DNA of 31,191 bases from Octopus sinensis. Taxonomy: Eukaryota. Under the pieces are notes generated by a model that was given only the letters and a program-made list of their open reading frames with translations, did no database searches and was not told the origin of the DNA. Position numbers and translations under genes: made by a program. The DNA is taken from contig NW_021832146.1 in assembly GCF_006345805.1 (NCBI RefSeq), forward strand, positions 1 through 31,191, given 5' to 3'. Below, piece by piece: positions 10,633-22,006 of this stretch (within the stretch, counting starts at the first letter, position 1; each line of letters opens with the position of its first letter).

Positions 10633-10855
10633 ATTTCTTTACTACCCACAAGGGGCTAAACACAGAGAAGACATACAAGGACAGACAAAGGGATTAAGTC
10701 GATTATATCGACCTCAGTGCGTAACTGGTACTTAATTTATCGACCCCGAAATGATGAAAGGCAAATTGGACCTCGACGGAATTTGAACTCACAACGTTGC
10801 GACAGACGAAATACCGCTAAGAATTGCGCCCGGCGTGCTAACGGTTCTGCCAGCT
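10633..10855 (-). mobile_element. tRNA-SINE family B, alternative 3' tail, 5' end clipped by the LINE fragment
   Basis: Head shared with family B. Tail is TTTCTTTACTACCCACAAGGGGCTAAACACAGAG on the plus strand. Confidence 0.85.
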
Positions 10856-11643
10856 TGACAGAAACATCTAACGTTAACCTTGACCAGCAGAATGTCATAA
10901 AAGAGTTAGACCAAGCGGAGAGCTACAAATACCTAGGAGTAATTGAAGGGAACAGAATAAGGCATTCAGTGATGAAAGAAAGAATCAGGAGAGAATCTTA
11001 TCGCAGAGTAAGAGTAATACTCAAGACACAGCTGAATGCGAGAAACAGGATCGAAGCGATCAATGCCTTAGCCCTACCAGTCGTGACTTACTGCTTCAAC
11101 GTCGTTAACTGGTCAATTAGTGAAATATGTAATCTTAACAGAAAAATACGGAAACTGTTGACAATCCATGGAATGCACCACCCTACGGCAGATATAGAAC
11201 GACTTTATCTGCCAAGAAAAGGGGGAGGCCGTGGACTTTTACAACTGGCAATAACAATGAAGATTGCCTCAATTGGCCTAGACACCTACCTGAAAAACTC
11301 TGAGGACTGGATGTTAAAACTTGTCTCAAAATATGAAAACAAGAAACCATCATCCTCAGTAACAAAACAGGCAAAGGAATATCTAAGTGAATTCCGAATA
11401 CAACAAATTTCCGGAATTAGACATACGAGAAATAAGCGCAGAAAAAGCTAAGCACATGAAAACCCGTGCTAAAACTGCTGCCTTAAATATTGTAACTGAT
11501 AAATGGCAAGAAAAACCTCTCAATGGCAAATACCCAAAGAGAGCGAATTAAGCCGATGTTGACAAAGCCCTGACCCATCTATAGCTAATGGCCTCTGGTT
11601 TAAAATCTGAAACAGAAGGGTTTATCATAGCAGCTCAGACGGA
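10856..11643 (+). pseudogene. R4/Dong-clade non-LTR retrotransposon fragment (RT thumb and downstream region)
   Basis: Motifs ESYKYLG, LNARNRIEAINALALPVVTY, HHPTADIERLYLPRKGGGRGL. After a +1 frameshift near 11409: KWQEKPLNGKYP...GLKSETEGFIIAAQ, with in-frame stops at 11549 and 11582. These motifs are characteristic of R4/Dong RLE elements. Confidence 0.8.
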
Positions 11644-11720
11644 TATTCATAATGGATATATTGGGCTTTATATATTTGTATACAATGTCACTTTGATGGT
11701 GTGCGCTACTCCGTCACTAA

Positions 11721-11740
11721 TGGTAATAATAATAATAATG

Positions 11741-11773
<33 letters not shown>

Positions 11774-11789
11774 TAATAATAATAATGAC

Positions 11790-11822
<33 letters not shown>
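11721..11822. repeat. (AAT)n microsatellite
   Basis: Seen directly. Confidence 0.95.
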
Positions 11823-11826
<4 letters not shown>

Positions 11827-11989
11827 TTGGACGGGACCACCAGCTGGACAAGAACTGAGGGAGGGGTAACGAGCATGGTGACCAGTTCCACCGAAAATGG
11901 GTAGAGAGGAGGCTCACCCTAGTAGTTGAGTGGAAGTGGACGAATATGTACATGGTTCCTGTCATTTATTACCGGTAGACACCGCTGTC

Positions 11990-12757
11990 TAAGATGATCC
12001 ATCTCTTGTCACTAGCCGATGAATGTAGGAATGAGCATGCTGATGCTAAGGCTGTGTTGCAGTGTCTATTTTTTTTCAGCCCTTGTGACCAATAAAGAAA
12101 AGATTACTATTGGAGTTATGTTGAACAGCTGCTGTCGCATGTTAGACGGATCCGTCTGTCGACCGAAGCCGTGGTGATGATTACCTCGCCGCCCTCCTTC
12201 AATCGGGCAAACGGCAGTTTTTCTTTCCCTGGTCGCTGTGCTGAAATAGGTTGTGTGGTGGACGAGGCTAAAAGGCATGAGGATAGATACTTTCCTCTTT
12301 GGTAGATACCTCATTGTCTTCTTCAAGTTTTACTTGAAAGGGAAATTGCGAGTGGAGAGTGAAGTGCTGTACTCCAGTGAGTGTATTCAAAGGAGGGTGA
12401 CAGTTGTAAAACTAGCAAGAGTGGATGATGCCTCTCTAAGTGTACACCTGTGAATCGGAGAAAGGGAATCGGAAGGCGCACTTGCTCTTGGAGTCCAGGG
12501 AGATCTCTGATATTGGGGTTCCTCGAATATCTCTTGAGATCTTCTTTTATCAGGAGAGTCACATCACATCTCCATCACCCCACCTTTATCTTAACTTTGT
12601 ATACTATGTATTATATTTCCCTCCCTTTTCATTATATACCGTATATACTTACACCTTTTTTTTAAAAATTTATCACTACATTATATGTAAATACCCACAA
12701 TGTGTCTGTCTTTGTACTGTCTTCCTCATCTGCCCTGGTGAGAAATAAACGAAACCA
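11990..12757 (+). pseudogene. Tx1/L1-like LINE: decayed ORF2 C-terminus plus 3' UTR
   Basis: WSYVEQLLSHVRRIRLSTEAVVMITSPPSFNR...LVAVLK*VVWWTRLKG...IVFFKFYLKGKLRVESEVL...SVHL* (stop 12453). A pyrimidine-rich UTR ending AATAAACGAAACC follows, directly before an (ATT)n tail. Confidence 0.6.
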
Positions 12758-12774
12758 TTATTATTATAATCATT

Positions 12775-12814
<40 letters not shown>

Positions 12815-12909
12815 GTATTATTATTATTATTGTTGTTATTATTATTATTATTATTGTTATTATTATTATTATTATTATGTTATTGTTATTATTATTATTG
12901 TTATTGTTA

Positions 12910-12944
<35 letters not shown>

Positions 12945-12997
12945 GTTATTATTATTATTATTGTTATTATTATTATTGTTATTATTATTATTATTAT

Positions 12998-13036
<39 letters not shown>
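12758..13036. repeat. Compound (ATT)/(CAT)/(GTT)/(AGT) microsatellite
   Basis: Seen directly. Confidence 0.95.
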
Positions 13037-14283
13037 AAGGAGGAGTGGAGGGTGAGCATTATCGCTTGAGCTGCTATCATTGTATGATGATGAAAGAGCT
13101 TTGCAAAGAAAGCAATTTTTAACATGATTATCTTCTGAAAAATGAAGTTTCTTTTGTCGAATCTCGACTAGCATACGGCAGAATACTTTCGAATTGCTAG
13201 TGGTCTACGTCATTATCTGGAACAGAAGAATGGTTCTTCTATAACTATTTTAACTGTTTGTATATTTGTTTGGCAAACGGCCACATGCAGCATTGATTCG
13301 TGTTGCAAGACGGTAAACCACAATTGTAGCAGGAAGATGCATTGCTAACATCGGTATTAGCAGTAATACCTTCAAATAATTTTTAAACGTCGAGGAAGAA
13401 TTTAGAAAATAAAGGAGAAAAATAGAATCGTATTTGCACATGGAAGAAATATTAGTATTTTACTAGGGAAAAAAATGCAGTAAAAATGCAATGAGAACAT
13501 CACCAACATCCCAACATGTGCTAAAAATTATCGACGGGTTTTAGACAGCTCAAGGGCGCAAAAGTGTTCGGTGGGTTGAATTACAAAGGACAACGCGTCA
13601 TTTCCCGAAAATTAATTCAGGTTAAGGCGTAAAAAAAGCTAACACATGTCTATTTTAAAGATTACAGAGAAAGCTTCCATATTACTCAAAACAGGATTTG
13701 CAAGAAGATATATCTCATAGGGGATGGTGGAAAATATAGAAGTGTAGGCCAGGTCTATAAGTTTAAGGGAGTGCCGAGGAGACTTACGCATTTCTTATTA
13801 CACTCACACACACACACTTACAAGCACACTCACACACTCATACATTGACATTGATTTGCTATAGAGTTGTTCAGAAAAATTAGAAAAACTGCTGGGGGAA
13901 TTGGAATGAGCTTGTTGTCCGTAAGGTGAACTTGAACGTTAAGGCTAGCCATATGTTCCGATGTAAGAACAAAGAATCAAGGGTAAAACTTCGTAAACTT
14001 GTCACAACTTTAGATGGGATAGCTATGTTTACCGATGCCTCCTGTATAACACCAACCATCACTCAGATAAAGACAAAAGAAATATACAATAAAATGGCAT
14101 TGTCTTCGGTTCCATCCTACCAGAGAGAAAGCAGAAGCCGTCGTATACCACATCGTGCACAAGAGTATTAGTCGTCCGTAGTCTCACAGGAGTAATGAAG
14201 AGAAGATGAAGACTAAATAAGAATCGGGAACAGATATGGAACAAATGAAGTACCAAAAAAAAAGAGTAATATGGGCAAAAGCC

Positions 14284-14436
14284 AGACAAGATTCGAGACT
14301 TCAATAAAGTTATTAGACAACCTGAAACTTCCAAAGGACAACTCTTACTTTGTAGGCTGAGAGGGGAAGAATCAAATCTGTACGATTTGGGAGGAAACAA
14401 ACGAAAAGGTAAAGAACAAGAAGGGTGTATTGGTTT
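14284..14436 (+). repeat. ~150 bp segment repeated directly at 16848-16999
   Basis: AGACAAGATTCGAGACTTCAATA...GGGTGTATT.GTTT. About 12 substitutions and 1 indel by eye. Confidence 0.9.
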
Positions 14437-14816
14437 TGAGATGACGCATCTGTTCGACATCTTTATCAATGCATTCACATGATGAGAAGAAGCAATTTTG
14501 AGAAGTTGATTAATTAATTTATTTATTTGGTAACTAATTATACAATTCACTGGTGATAAATCTGGAATGAAATATAAAAGTTCGTCTTTAAATCACCTGC
14601 AAGAGAACTCCAAATTACAATGATATTGGGATATTGGTGAGCTAAAGTGTTTCTCTGTGTGTTAGAGGAGATAATGGTGAATGGTAAAATAGGTAGTGTA
14701 TCTTCCAGAAAATATAAACAATGGCAAAATAGATGCGATCTAGATGACTGCGAGTTGTGAAAATAGTGAGGTTGTCAGAAAAAAGAAATGCTTTGAATTA
14801 TTGGTCTTGGGTCTAA

Positions 14817-15030
14817 GGCAGTGAACTGACAGAATTGTTAGCACGTCGTACAAAATGCTTTGCAACATTTCGTCTGTCTATGTTCTGAGTTCAAATGCCG
14901 CCCAAATCGACTTTGATTTCATCTTTGCGCTCTCAAAAAAATAAGTACCAGTCATGTACTAGGGTCGATGTAATTGACTACCTCCATGTCCCCAAAAGTT
15001 CAGGCCTTGTGCCCATAGTAGAAAAGATTA
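14817..15030 (+). mobile_element. tRNA-SINE family B, diverged
   Basis: GGCAGTGAACTGACAGAATTGTTAGCACG...GAGTTCAAATGCC...CAGGCCTTGTGCC. Confidence 0.8.
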
Positions 15031-15046
15031 CTGGTTCTGACTCTAA

Positions 15047-15240
15047 GACGACAAGCTAGCAGAATCGTTAGCACGCTAGACAAAATGCTTAGCGGTATTT
15101 CGTCCGTCTACGTTCTGAGTTCGAATCCCGCTGGGGTTGACTTTACCTTTCATCCTTTCGGGGTCGATAAAATAAGTACTAGTTCAACACTGCGGTCGAC
15201 GTAACCGACTCCAGCCCTTCCCCGGAACCCTGAAACCATT
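15047..15240 (+). mobile_element. tRNA-SINE family B, second of a tandem pair
   Basis: Canonical B box GTTCGAATCC at 15119-15128; body CATCCTTTCGGGGTCGATAAAATAAGTAC. Confidence 0.85.
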
Positions 15241-15297
15241 ATTTTCTTTGGTTCTTAACGTTTTAAGTTGAAATTCCGTCAAAGTGTTCATTTCCTA

Positions 15298-15587
15298 TTG
15301 TTGTCTGTTCCTTCTCGAGACATGCCTGGCTCATAAGGGCCGGTTTCTCGGTTTCCTTGGCGTATAGGTTCTCCACCAGGACGGGACGCCGGTCCGTCGC
15401 AGGTGAGCTGCAAGATGCAGGAGGAAAGAGTGAGAAAAAGTTGTGGCGAAAGAGTCAGCAGAAGTTCGCCATTAGCTTCTGCCGGAGCTGCGTGGAGCTT
15501 AGGTGTTTCACTCTTAAACACACACATCGCCCGGTATGAGATTCGAACACGCGATCCCTCGACCATGAGTCCGCTGCTCTAGCCACT
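15298..15587 (-). mobile_element. tRNA-SINE family C, slightly 5'-truncated
   Basis: Minus strand AGTGGCTAGAGCAGCGGACTC...GTTCGAATCTC, then AAGCTCCACGCAGCTCCGGCAG. Homologous to 27145-27428. Confidence 0.85.
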
Positions 15588-16329
15588 ATTGGTGTTGCTA
15601 GACTAAAATATCAATCTAGAATTGTAGAATTGTAATGGACAGTATCGATCAATACCTTCTGTCATTATTGATCCGCTTGTGCCTCAATTTAGACCCTGTT
15701 CCCACGATGGCTTTTGTATTTCGAGCTTCCGAAGACAGAAACATAACAAGAGGCAAAGACAAAGACAACCAAGCTAAGAAATGTACCAACAATTTTGAAT
15801 AAAGGGCTTCAGCGTCGTCATAGTCCGACTAGTTGTAAAACATAGATCATAGAATATAACATACGACCAAAGTAGAACAGATTCTTGCAATTAAGTGATG
15901 ATCAATGGAAGAACACAAAGACATTCGACATTTCTAGACGCACATTGATGACGCGAAAATTATATAAAATAATTAAACCTAATCGCGATGCTCCAGTATG
16001 GGCTTAGCTACGATACATATGTAAATAACAGAAGCGACTACGCAGTGTAGGTAGTGATGCTTCATTAGAATGCATTAAATATGTAAATAGAGTCCAAATG
16101 AAAGAGATTACATTTCTTCATTTATCAGAATTTCTTGTCATTCGATGAGAATTAGATTGGTCGGAAGAAGATTGGAATTTAGCGTTCTCATTAAATACCG
16201 AACATATTGATGAGAATTATAACTAATAGATTTTATATACTCTCCTTACCGTATATATATATATATACCGTACATAACACAAAGGAATTAGCACATACAT
16301 ACACCACATGGTATATGCACACACATACA

Positions 16330-16399
<70 letters not shown>

Positions 16400-16847
16400 T
16401 AGATATATCCACACATAAAATTATATACACACACACACGAAACTACACGCGGGCAGATTTATGTATACGCTGTAAGTTATTCAAGAAGGCATATATATAT
16501 CTACGTATAAATGATCTGGATATATACATATATATGTATGTACATATACATAATATCCGTATAAACTTATAGGCAGACACATAACTCTACATATAATATA
16601 TATGTGTGTGTGTGTGTGTTTGTGTGCGCGCCCGTGTATTTATCTAGGTATCTACATGTATCTGTGTATGTGTCTAAGTATGTACGTGTACCATTGGCAT
16701 AAACAAAATTATCTTATTTAACAAAATGAATATATGAATAGACAAGTCCACAAAATATGAATATATTATGATAATGTTTGTCACTGAGGTTTTCTGAAAT
16801 GTCTTTGGAGTGAGTTGGTTTTAAAGACCCTGATCAGAATATGATAT

Positions 16848-16999
16848 AGACAAGATTCGAGACTTCAATAAGTTATTAGACAACCTGAAATTTCGAAAGG
16901 ACAACACTTACTTTGTAGGCTGAAAGGGGAAGAGTCAAATATGTACGATTTGGGAGGAAACAAACTAAATAGGAAAGAACAAGGAGGGTGTATTAGTTT
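16848..16999 (+). repeat. Second copy of the 14284-14436 segment
   Basis: Direct alignment by eye. Confidence 0.9.
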
Positions 17000-17118
17000 C
17001 ACGCTTTCAATAATTCCCATTCCATAGGAACTTGGAAGGTTGGGTCTCCAACTAGGCCTTCATGATACCCTTAAAGCACCGAATTTTAAGGTTAGACAGA
17101 CAGACAGAACGTTAGGTT

Positions 17119-17154
<36 letters not shown>

Positions 17155-17190
17155 TATAGATAGATAGATAGATAAGTAGATAGATAGACA
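17119..17190. repeat. (GATA)n microsatellite
   Basis: Seen directly. Confidence 0.9.
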
Positions 17191-17450
17191 TACTTATATG
17201 TACATGTGTACATGCACGAGAGGCAAATAAGAAAACCATAAAACCAATAAGTTCGTTATGTGTATGTTATGTGCATTTCTGAGTGCTTTTTTGTTTGTTT
17301 GTGCGAGCGTATGTGTGTTCCCTGATAGAATATGCTGGGATGAGGAACAAAGATTAAATTCTTATTGCGTGGTTACAAAGAGAGAAATTAATGAAATCAG
17401 ACACACATCCTTACACACATCTGATATATCTATCTATACATCTGCATATA

Positions 17451-17620
17451 GGGGCAGGAATGGCAGTGTGGTAAGAGACTTGCTTCCCAAGCACACAGCT
17501 CCGGGCTCAACCTCACTGCGTGGAATCCTGGGCACGTGTTTGCTACTATAGCTTCGGGCAGGCCGACCAAGTCCTTCTGAGTGAATTTTGCAAACAAAAC
17601 CTGAATTGAGCCCCTCTTAT
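17451..17620 (+). mobile_element. tRNA-SINE family A, 5' half, diverged
   Basis: GGGGCAGGAATGGCAGTGTGGTAAG...CCGGGCTCAACCTCACTGCGTGG...GCCGACCAA matches the head of the 28947-29362 copy. Confidence 0.8.
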
Positions 17621-17639
17621 ATATATATAAACTTTTAAT

Positions 17640-18076
17640 ACTTTTGATATTTATATAAAAAAAATTAAAATTTTAAGAAATCATAAATAAATAAATAAAT
17701 TAATTAATTAATTAATTAATAAGCAAAATAATATATAAATATAAAAATATACATACATATATATATATATTTGTATATATATATATTCAAAATTTATAAA
17801 TTTAAATTATTTTAATAATTTTTTAATTTTTAACTTTTATATTTTTTAATTAATTTTATGTATTGGCTTATGTTTTTCACTGTTTGATTTACCTAATAGT
17901 GGTTTTATCTCTAATTTAATATAATATAATATAATATATTTATACTATAAAATTGGATTTAATCCTAAATCTAATTTTCCCTGTAAGTTTGGATTTATTC
18001 CCTAATATTATTATATATATATATAAATTTGTAAAGATAATTCTTCAATGAATATATTATATAGAATATCATTGTC

Positions 18077-18080
<4 letters not shown>
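17640..18080 (-). repeat. AT-rich dispersed repeat (same family as 2750 and 4074), inverted
   Basis: TTTTTCACTGTTTGATTTACCTAATAGTGGTTTTATCTCTAATTTAAT is the reverse complement of the copy A/B core. 17900-18020 recurs at 21122-21235. Confidence 0.7.
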
Positions 18081-18132
<52 letters not shown>

Positions 18133-18181
18133 GACAATGATATTCTATATAATATATTCCGTGAAGAATTATCTTTACAAA
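18028..18181. repeat. 154 bp near-perfect palindrome: 53 bp arms around (TA)24
   Basis: Arms 18028-18080 and 18129-18181 differ at 2 of 53 positions. The (TA)n spacer is itself self-complementary. Confidence 0.95.
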
Positions 18182-18503
18182 ATTTAATATATCAAACCAG
18201 TGTATCTTGGATAAATATCCCTAAAAGAGGTTTGAATATCCCCATTGTCACTATATATATATATGTCCTCATTCCAGTTTTCTCCTCCTTTGTACAGTCA
18301 TACACTGAATACTGCTGCCTCTTGTTGTCTCGCCATACAAAACAAAATATCTCGAAAATTGAATCACCACGGAGATCATTCACTAACAGAATTAAGGGCA
18401 TCATTGATCTTGATTATCAGGACCGCCTTAGAGCATTGAAACTCTATTCTCACCATATCTATACACACAAACACACACACACACACACACACACACGCAT
18501 ATA

Positions 18504-18549
<46 letters not shown>

Positions 18550-18553
<4 letters not shown>

Positions 18554-18896
18554 AGGCGCATGGCTCAGTGGTTAGAGCGTCGAGCTTACGATCGTGAGGT
18601 TGTGAGCTCGAATCCCGGACCGGGCTGCGTGCTTGTGTTCTTGAGCAAGACACTTTATTTTCACGTTGCTCCAGTTCACTCAGCTGCAGAAATGAGTTGC
18701 GACGTCACAGGTGCCAAGCTGTATCGACCTTTGTCTTTCCCTTGGATAACACTGGTGGCGTGGAGAGGGGAGGCCGGTATGCATGGGCGACTACTACTGG
18801 TCTTCCATAAAACCTTGCCCAGACTTGTGCCTCAGAGGGTAACTCTTTAGTGCAAACCTATGGTCACTCATGACCGAAGGGGGTCTTTACCCTTTT
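18550..18896 (+). mobile_element. tRNA-SINE family D, full length, inserted in (TA)n
   Basis: A box TGGCTCAGTGGTTAGA, B box GAGCTCGAATCCC, then TTGAGCAAGACACTT...CAGTTCACTCAGCTG.AGAAATGAG (CORE-like central domain). Second copy at 29662. Confidence 0.9.
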
Positions 18897-18897
18897 A

Positions 18898-18955
<58 letters not shown>

Positions 18956-18996
18956 TTATTATGTACGTATGTACATATATATATGTATGTATGTAC

Positions 18997-19035
<39 letters not shown>

Positions 19036-19079
19036 GTACGTATGTACATATATATATGTATGTATGTACATATATATAT

Positions 19080-19116
<37 letters not shown>

Positions 19117-19257
19117 ACAAGTGGCAATGAGGATATTCAAATCACTTATAGGGATATTTATCCAAGATAAACTGGTTTAATATATTAAATTCTGAAGAGA
19201 TGCTTCTTCATTGAATATATTATATAGAATATCGTACGATATAAAACAATTTCTATT

Positions 19258-19904
19258 GAGTTAGGAAACAGAGAGATCTAATGGGTACAAATTAATTAAT
19301 TAATTAATTAATTAATCAACATATTAATTGAAAATTTTGCAATATAAATACGTTGTAAGGAAACATATCTGAATTTTCAGAAGACAATAAGGATTACCGT
19401 AGGATAATTTCGGAATATACAAAATATATCAACGTATTTATTCTGTGTGCATGTACACATACATTCATACATAAATAAATACATACATACATACATACAT
19501 ACATACATACATACATGCATGCATATATACATACATCTATGCATACATACATACATACATACATACATACATACATACATACATACATACATACATACAT
19601 ACATACATACATGCATAGTAAACACGTTTATATATTTCGTATATTCCGAAAGTCGCCGAATATAATCCTTATACGCAAACTAAATACGTTTATATATTCT
19701 GTATATTTCTAAATTATCCTAATGTAATTCTTACTGTCCTCTGGAAACCTTCATCAGTTTCCTTATAAGGTATACGAATGCACAATTATATTTCTATATA
19801 TGTTTTCCAATTTTAATCTTATTTGTGAAATGAAACAATTGTTGGTTAATGTGTTGATCAATTAATAGACTAAATTGTATTCATTAGATCTCTCTGTTTT
19901 CTAA

Positions 19905-19907
<3 letters not shown>
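19258..19907. mobile_element. Fold-back/MITE-like element around a (CATA)n tract
   Basis: 26 bp terminal inverted repeat GAGTTAG(G/A)AAACAGAGAGATCTAATG with 1 mismatch. Inner ~85 bp degenerate inverted arms at 19355-19440 and 19680-19770. Confidence 0.7.
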
Positions 19908-19944
<37 letters not shown>

Positions 19945-19945
19945 C

Positions 19946-20129
19946 AAGGGCATTACTTTACATAAATGCCTCACGCTAGGAGGGTCTCCCAAAGTCAAAA
20001 TTACCTTAATAAACACATTGTACCGAACGCGAGTGAATGCATTAATTAATTAATTAATGTGTTTATTATGGTAGTTTTGACTTTAAAAGTCCCTCCTATC
20101 GTGAGACATTTATGTATAATAATGCCCTT
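19946..20129. mobile_element. MITE-like element, 74 bp terminal inverted repeats
   Basis: 19946-20019 versus reverse complement of 20056-20129: 64/74 identical; 36 bp spacer; abuts (TA)n. Confidence 0.8.
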
Positions 20130-20276
20130 AATACAAATAAGCATATTTAAAGGGAATAATTAATAATTTTCCCTTATGAGGTTTTTCACGCAAACTACTT
20201 GATAAATTCTTATAAATATTTTATCCTATTTTAAAATTATTTACACATACATACATATATACAGACGTATATATAC

Positions 20277-20328
<52 letters not shown>

Positions 20329-20420
20329 CACACACACACACACAAAGTATGAGAGTTTAGTTCAAAGGTGAACTACCTATAATAATATTGTATATGACTT
20401 GAGATGTTTGATTTGCTTTA

Positions 20421-20474
<54 letters not shown>

Positions 20475-20499
20475 TTGTATGTATGTATATAACTGAGTA

Positions 20500-20720
20500 T
20501 GTCTATCTGTCCGTTTATGTCTCCTAACACCGCTTTAAAACGCTGTTAGTGTGTTTAACTCCCTGTAACTTAGCGATTTGACTAGGAGAGCGATAGAATA
20601 ATTACTAGGCTTAACGACAAAAACCCCGGCACCGACATCAGATTGTGTGACTAAAGAGCTACATCAATGAAAAGCCCCAGCATGGCCGCATTAAAATCAC
20701 TAAAAAAAGTATTGATAAAT
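20500..20720 (+). mobile_element. tRNA-SINE family A, old 3' fragment
   Basis: GTGTGTTTAACTCCCTGTAACTTAGCG...GATAGAATAATTACTAGGCTT...CCAGCATGGCCGCA. Confidence 0.7.
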
Positions 20721-20730
20721 GATGAAGATG

Positions 20731-20762
<32 letters not shown>

Positions 20763-21022
20763 TATATTAATTTAGAGATAATTGGTATATATATATATAT
20801 TGGTATAAATATTTTATCCTATTTTAAAATTATTTACACATACATACATATATACACTTATATATATATATATATATATAAATATATACATATATCTACA
20901 TACACACACACACACACAAAGTATGGGAGCTAATTTACGGACATATGAAAACACCAGCACCGTTACAAACAACACACACATGTATTATACATGTATATAC
21001 ATATATATACGTATTTATACAA

Positions 21023-21075
<53 letters not shown>

Positions 21076-21121
21076 CATTAAGGCAAATCAAACATCTCAA
21101 GTCATATACAATATATATATA

Positions 21122-21235
21122 ATTGGTTTTATCTCTAATTTAATATAATATAATATTTTACTATAAAATTGGATTCAATCCTAAATCTGATTTTTCCCTG
21201 TAAGTTTGGATTTATTCCCTAATATTTTATTATAT
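21122..21235 (-). repeat. Fragment of the 17640-18080 repeat family
   Basis: GGTTTTATCTCTAATTTAATATAA...CCTAAATCT.ATTTT.CCCTGTAAGTTTGGATTTATTCCCTAATATT is shared with 17900-18010. Confidence 0.8.
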
Positions 21236-21669
21236 ATATATATATACATATACACACGCACACACACATGTATATATATATATATGCACACATATGCACA
21301 ACCATACACCTATTTATACACGCACGCCACTATTGACATATATATATATATTTGTGTATGTTCCTGTGTTTACACTACATATCATATAGATATACTGTTC
21401 ATTATATATAATATTGGCATTTTATGATATAATCCTCTAATTTTGATCAACATGTTTACGAAAAGAAAACTAAATACACACACACACATATATATATATA
21501 TAAAGCTAGATAAACAGCTAGATATACACACAAAAACACACACAGAGAATTAGCAGTTGTAGTAACCGACTAAGGCATAAAGTATCCATATGTACTATCG
21601 ATATATCGTTTAATCTGTTTTTCCCCATTTACTAATTATATATACATATATATATATATGTGTATATAC

Positions 21670-21700
<31 letters not shown>

Positions 21701-21799
21701 TATAACAAATATATATAGATATATATATATAGGCACACACACACATACACGCTGAATTATTCATTTTTCTTTTACAAACAAGAGGAAAAGCTCGCAATC

Positions 21800-22006
21800 G
21801 CTATCTCTTTAGCTTTTAATTTATACGATCAAATGTAATGCTTATTTATCCACCATGTTTTGAATTAATCTTGTATTATTTTGTAGCGTTCAAATTCCAA
21901 TGACCTGGTTGTATATTTTTGAATGACATCGTACGGTAGGCGTAAGAGTCATGATCTGCTCAGTTTGAATATAAAGCATGGGGAATATTTGCGCCAAAAG
22001 TGTTAA
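21800..22006. mobile_element. Possible very old short non-autonomous DNA transposon
   Basis: Resembles a common octopus repeat (TCAAATGTAATGCTTATTTAT...GAATGACAT.GTA.GGTAGG). Only weak terminal symmetry remains; recognition only. Confidence 0.3.

Noticed and set aside
10717-11451. 244 aa host gene
   Set aside because: The N-terminus is an antisense SINE and the rest is a LINE fragment that continues past a frameshift with stops.
14020-14045. FTDAS word suggesting RNase H
   Set aside because: A five-residue match only; the other catalytic residues could not be placed.
18555-18625. tRNA gene (also at 27360-27428, 15047-15130 and 29290-29362)
   Set aside because: A and B boxes are present, but the acceptor and anticodon stems are imperfect and each head continues into a repeated SINE body.
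19745-19765. CTGATGAAGG on the minus strand; CTGAAGAG at 19196
   Set aside because: No GAAAC follows a pairing stem II, and homologous copies in the window do not keep the motif.
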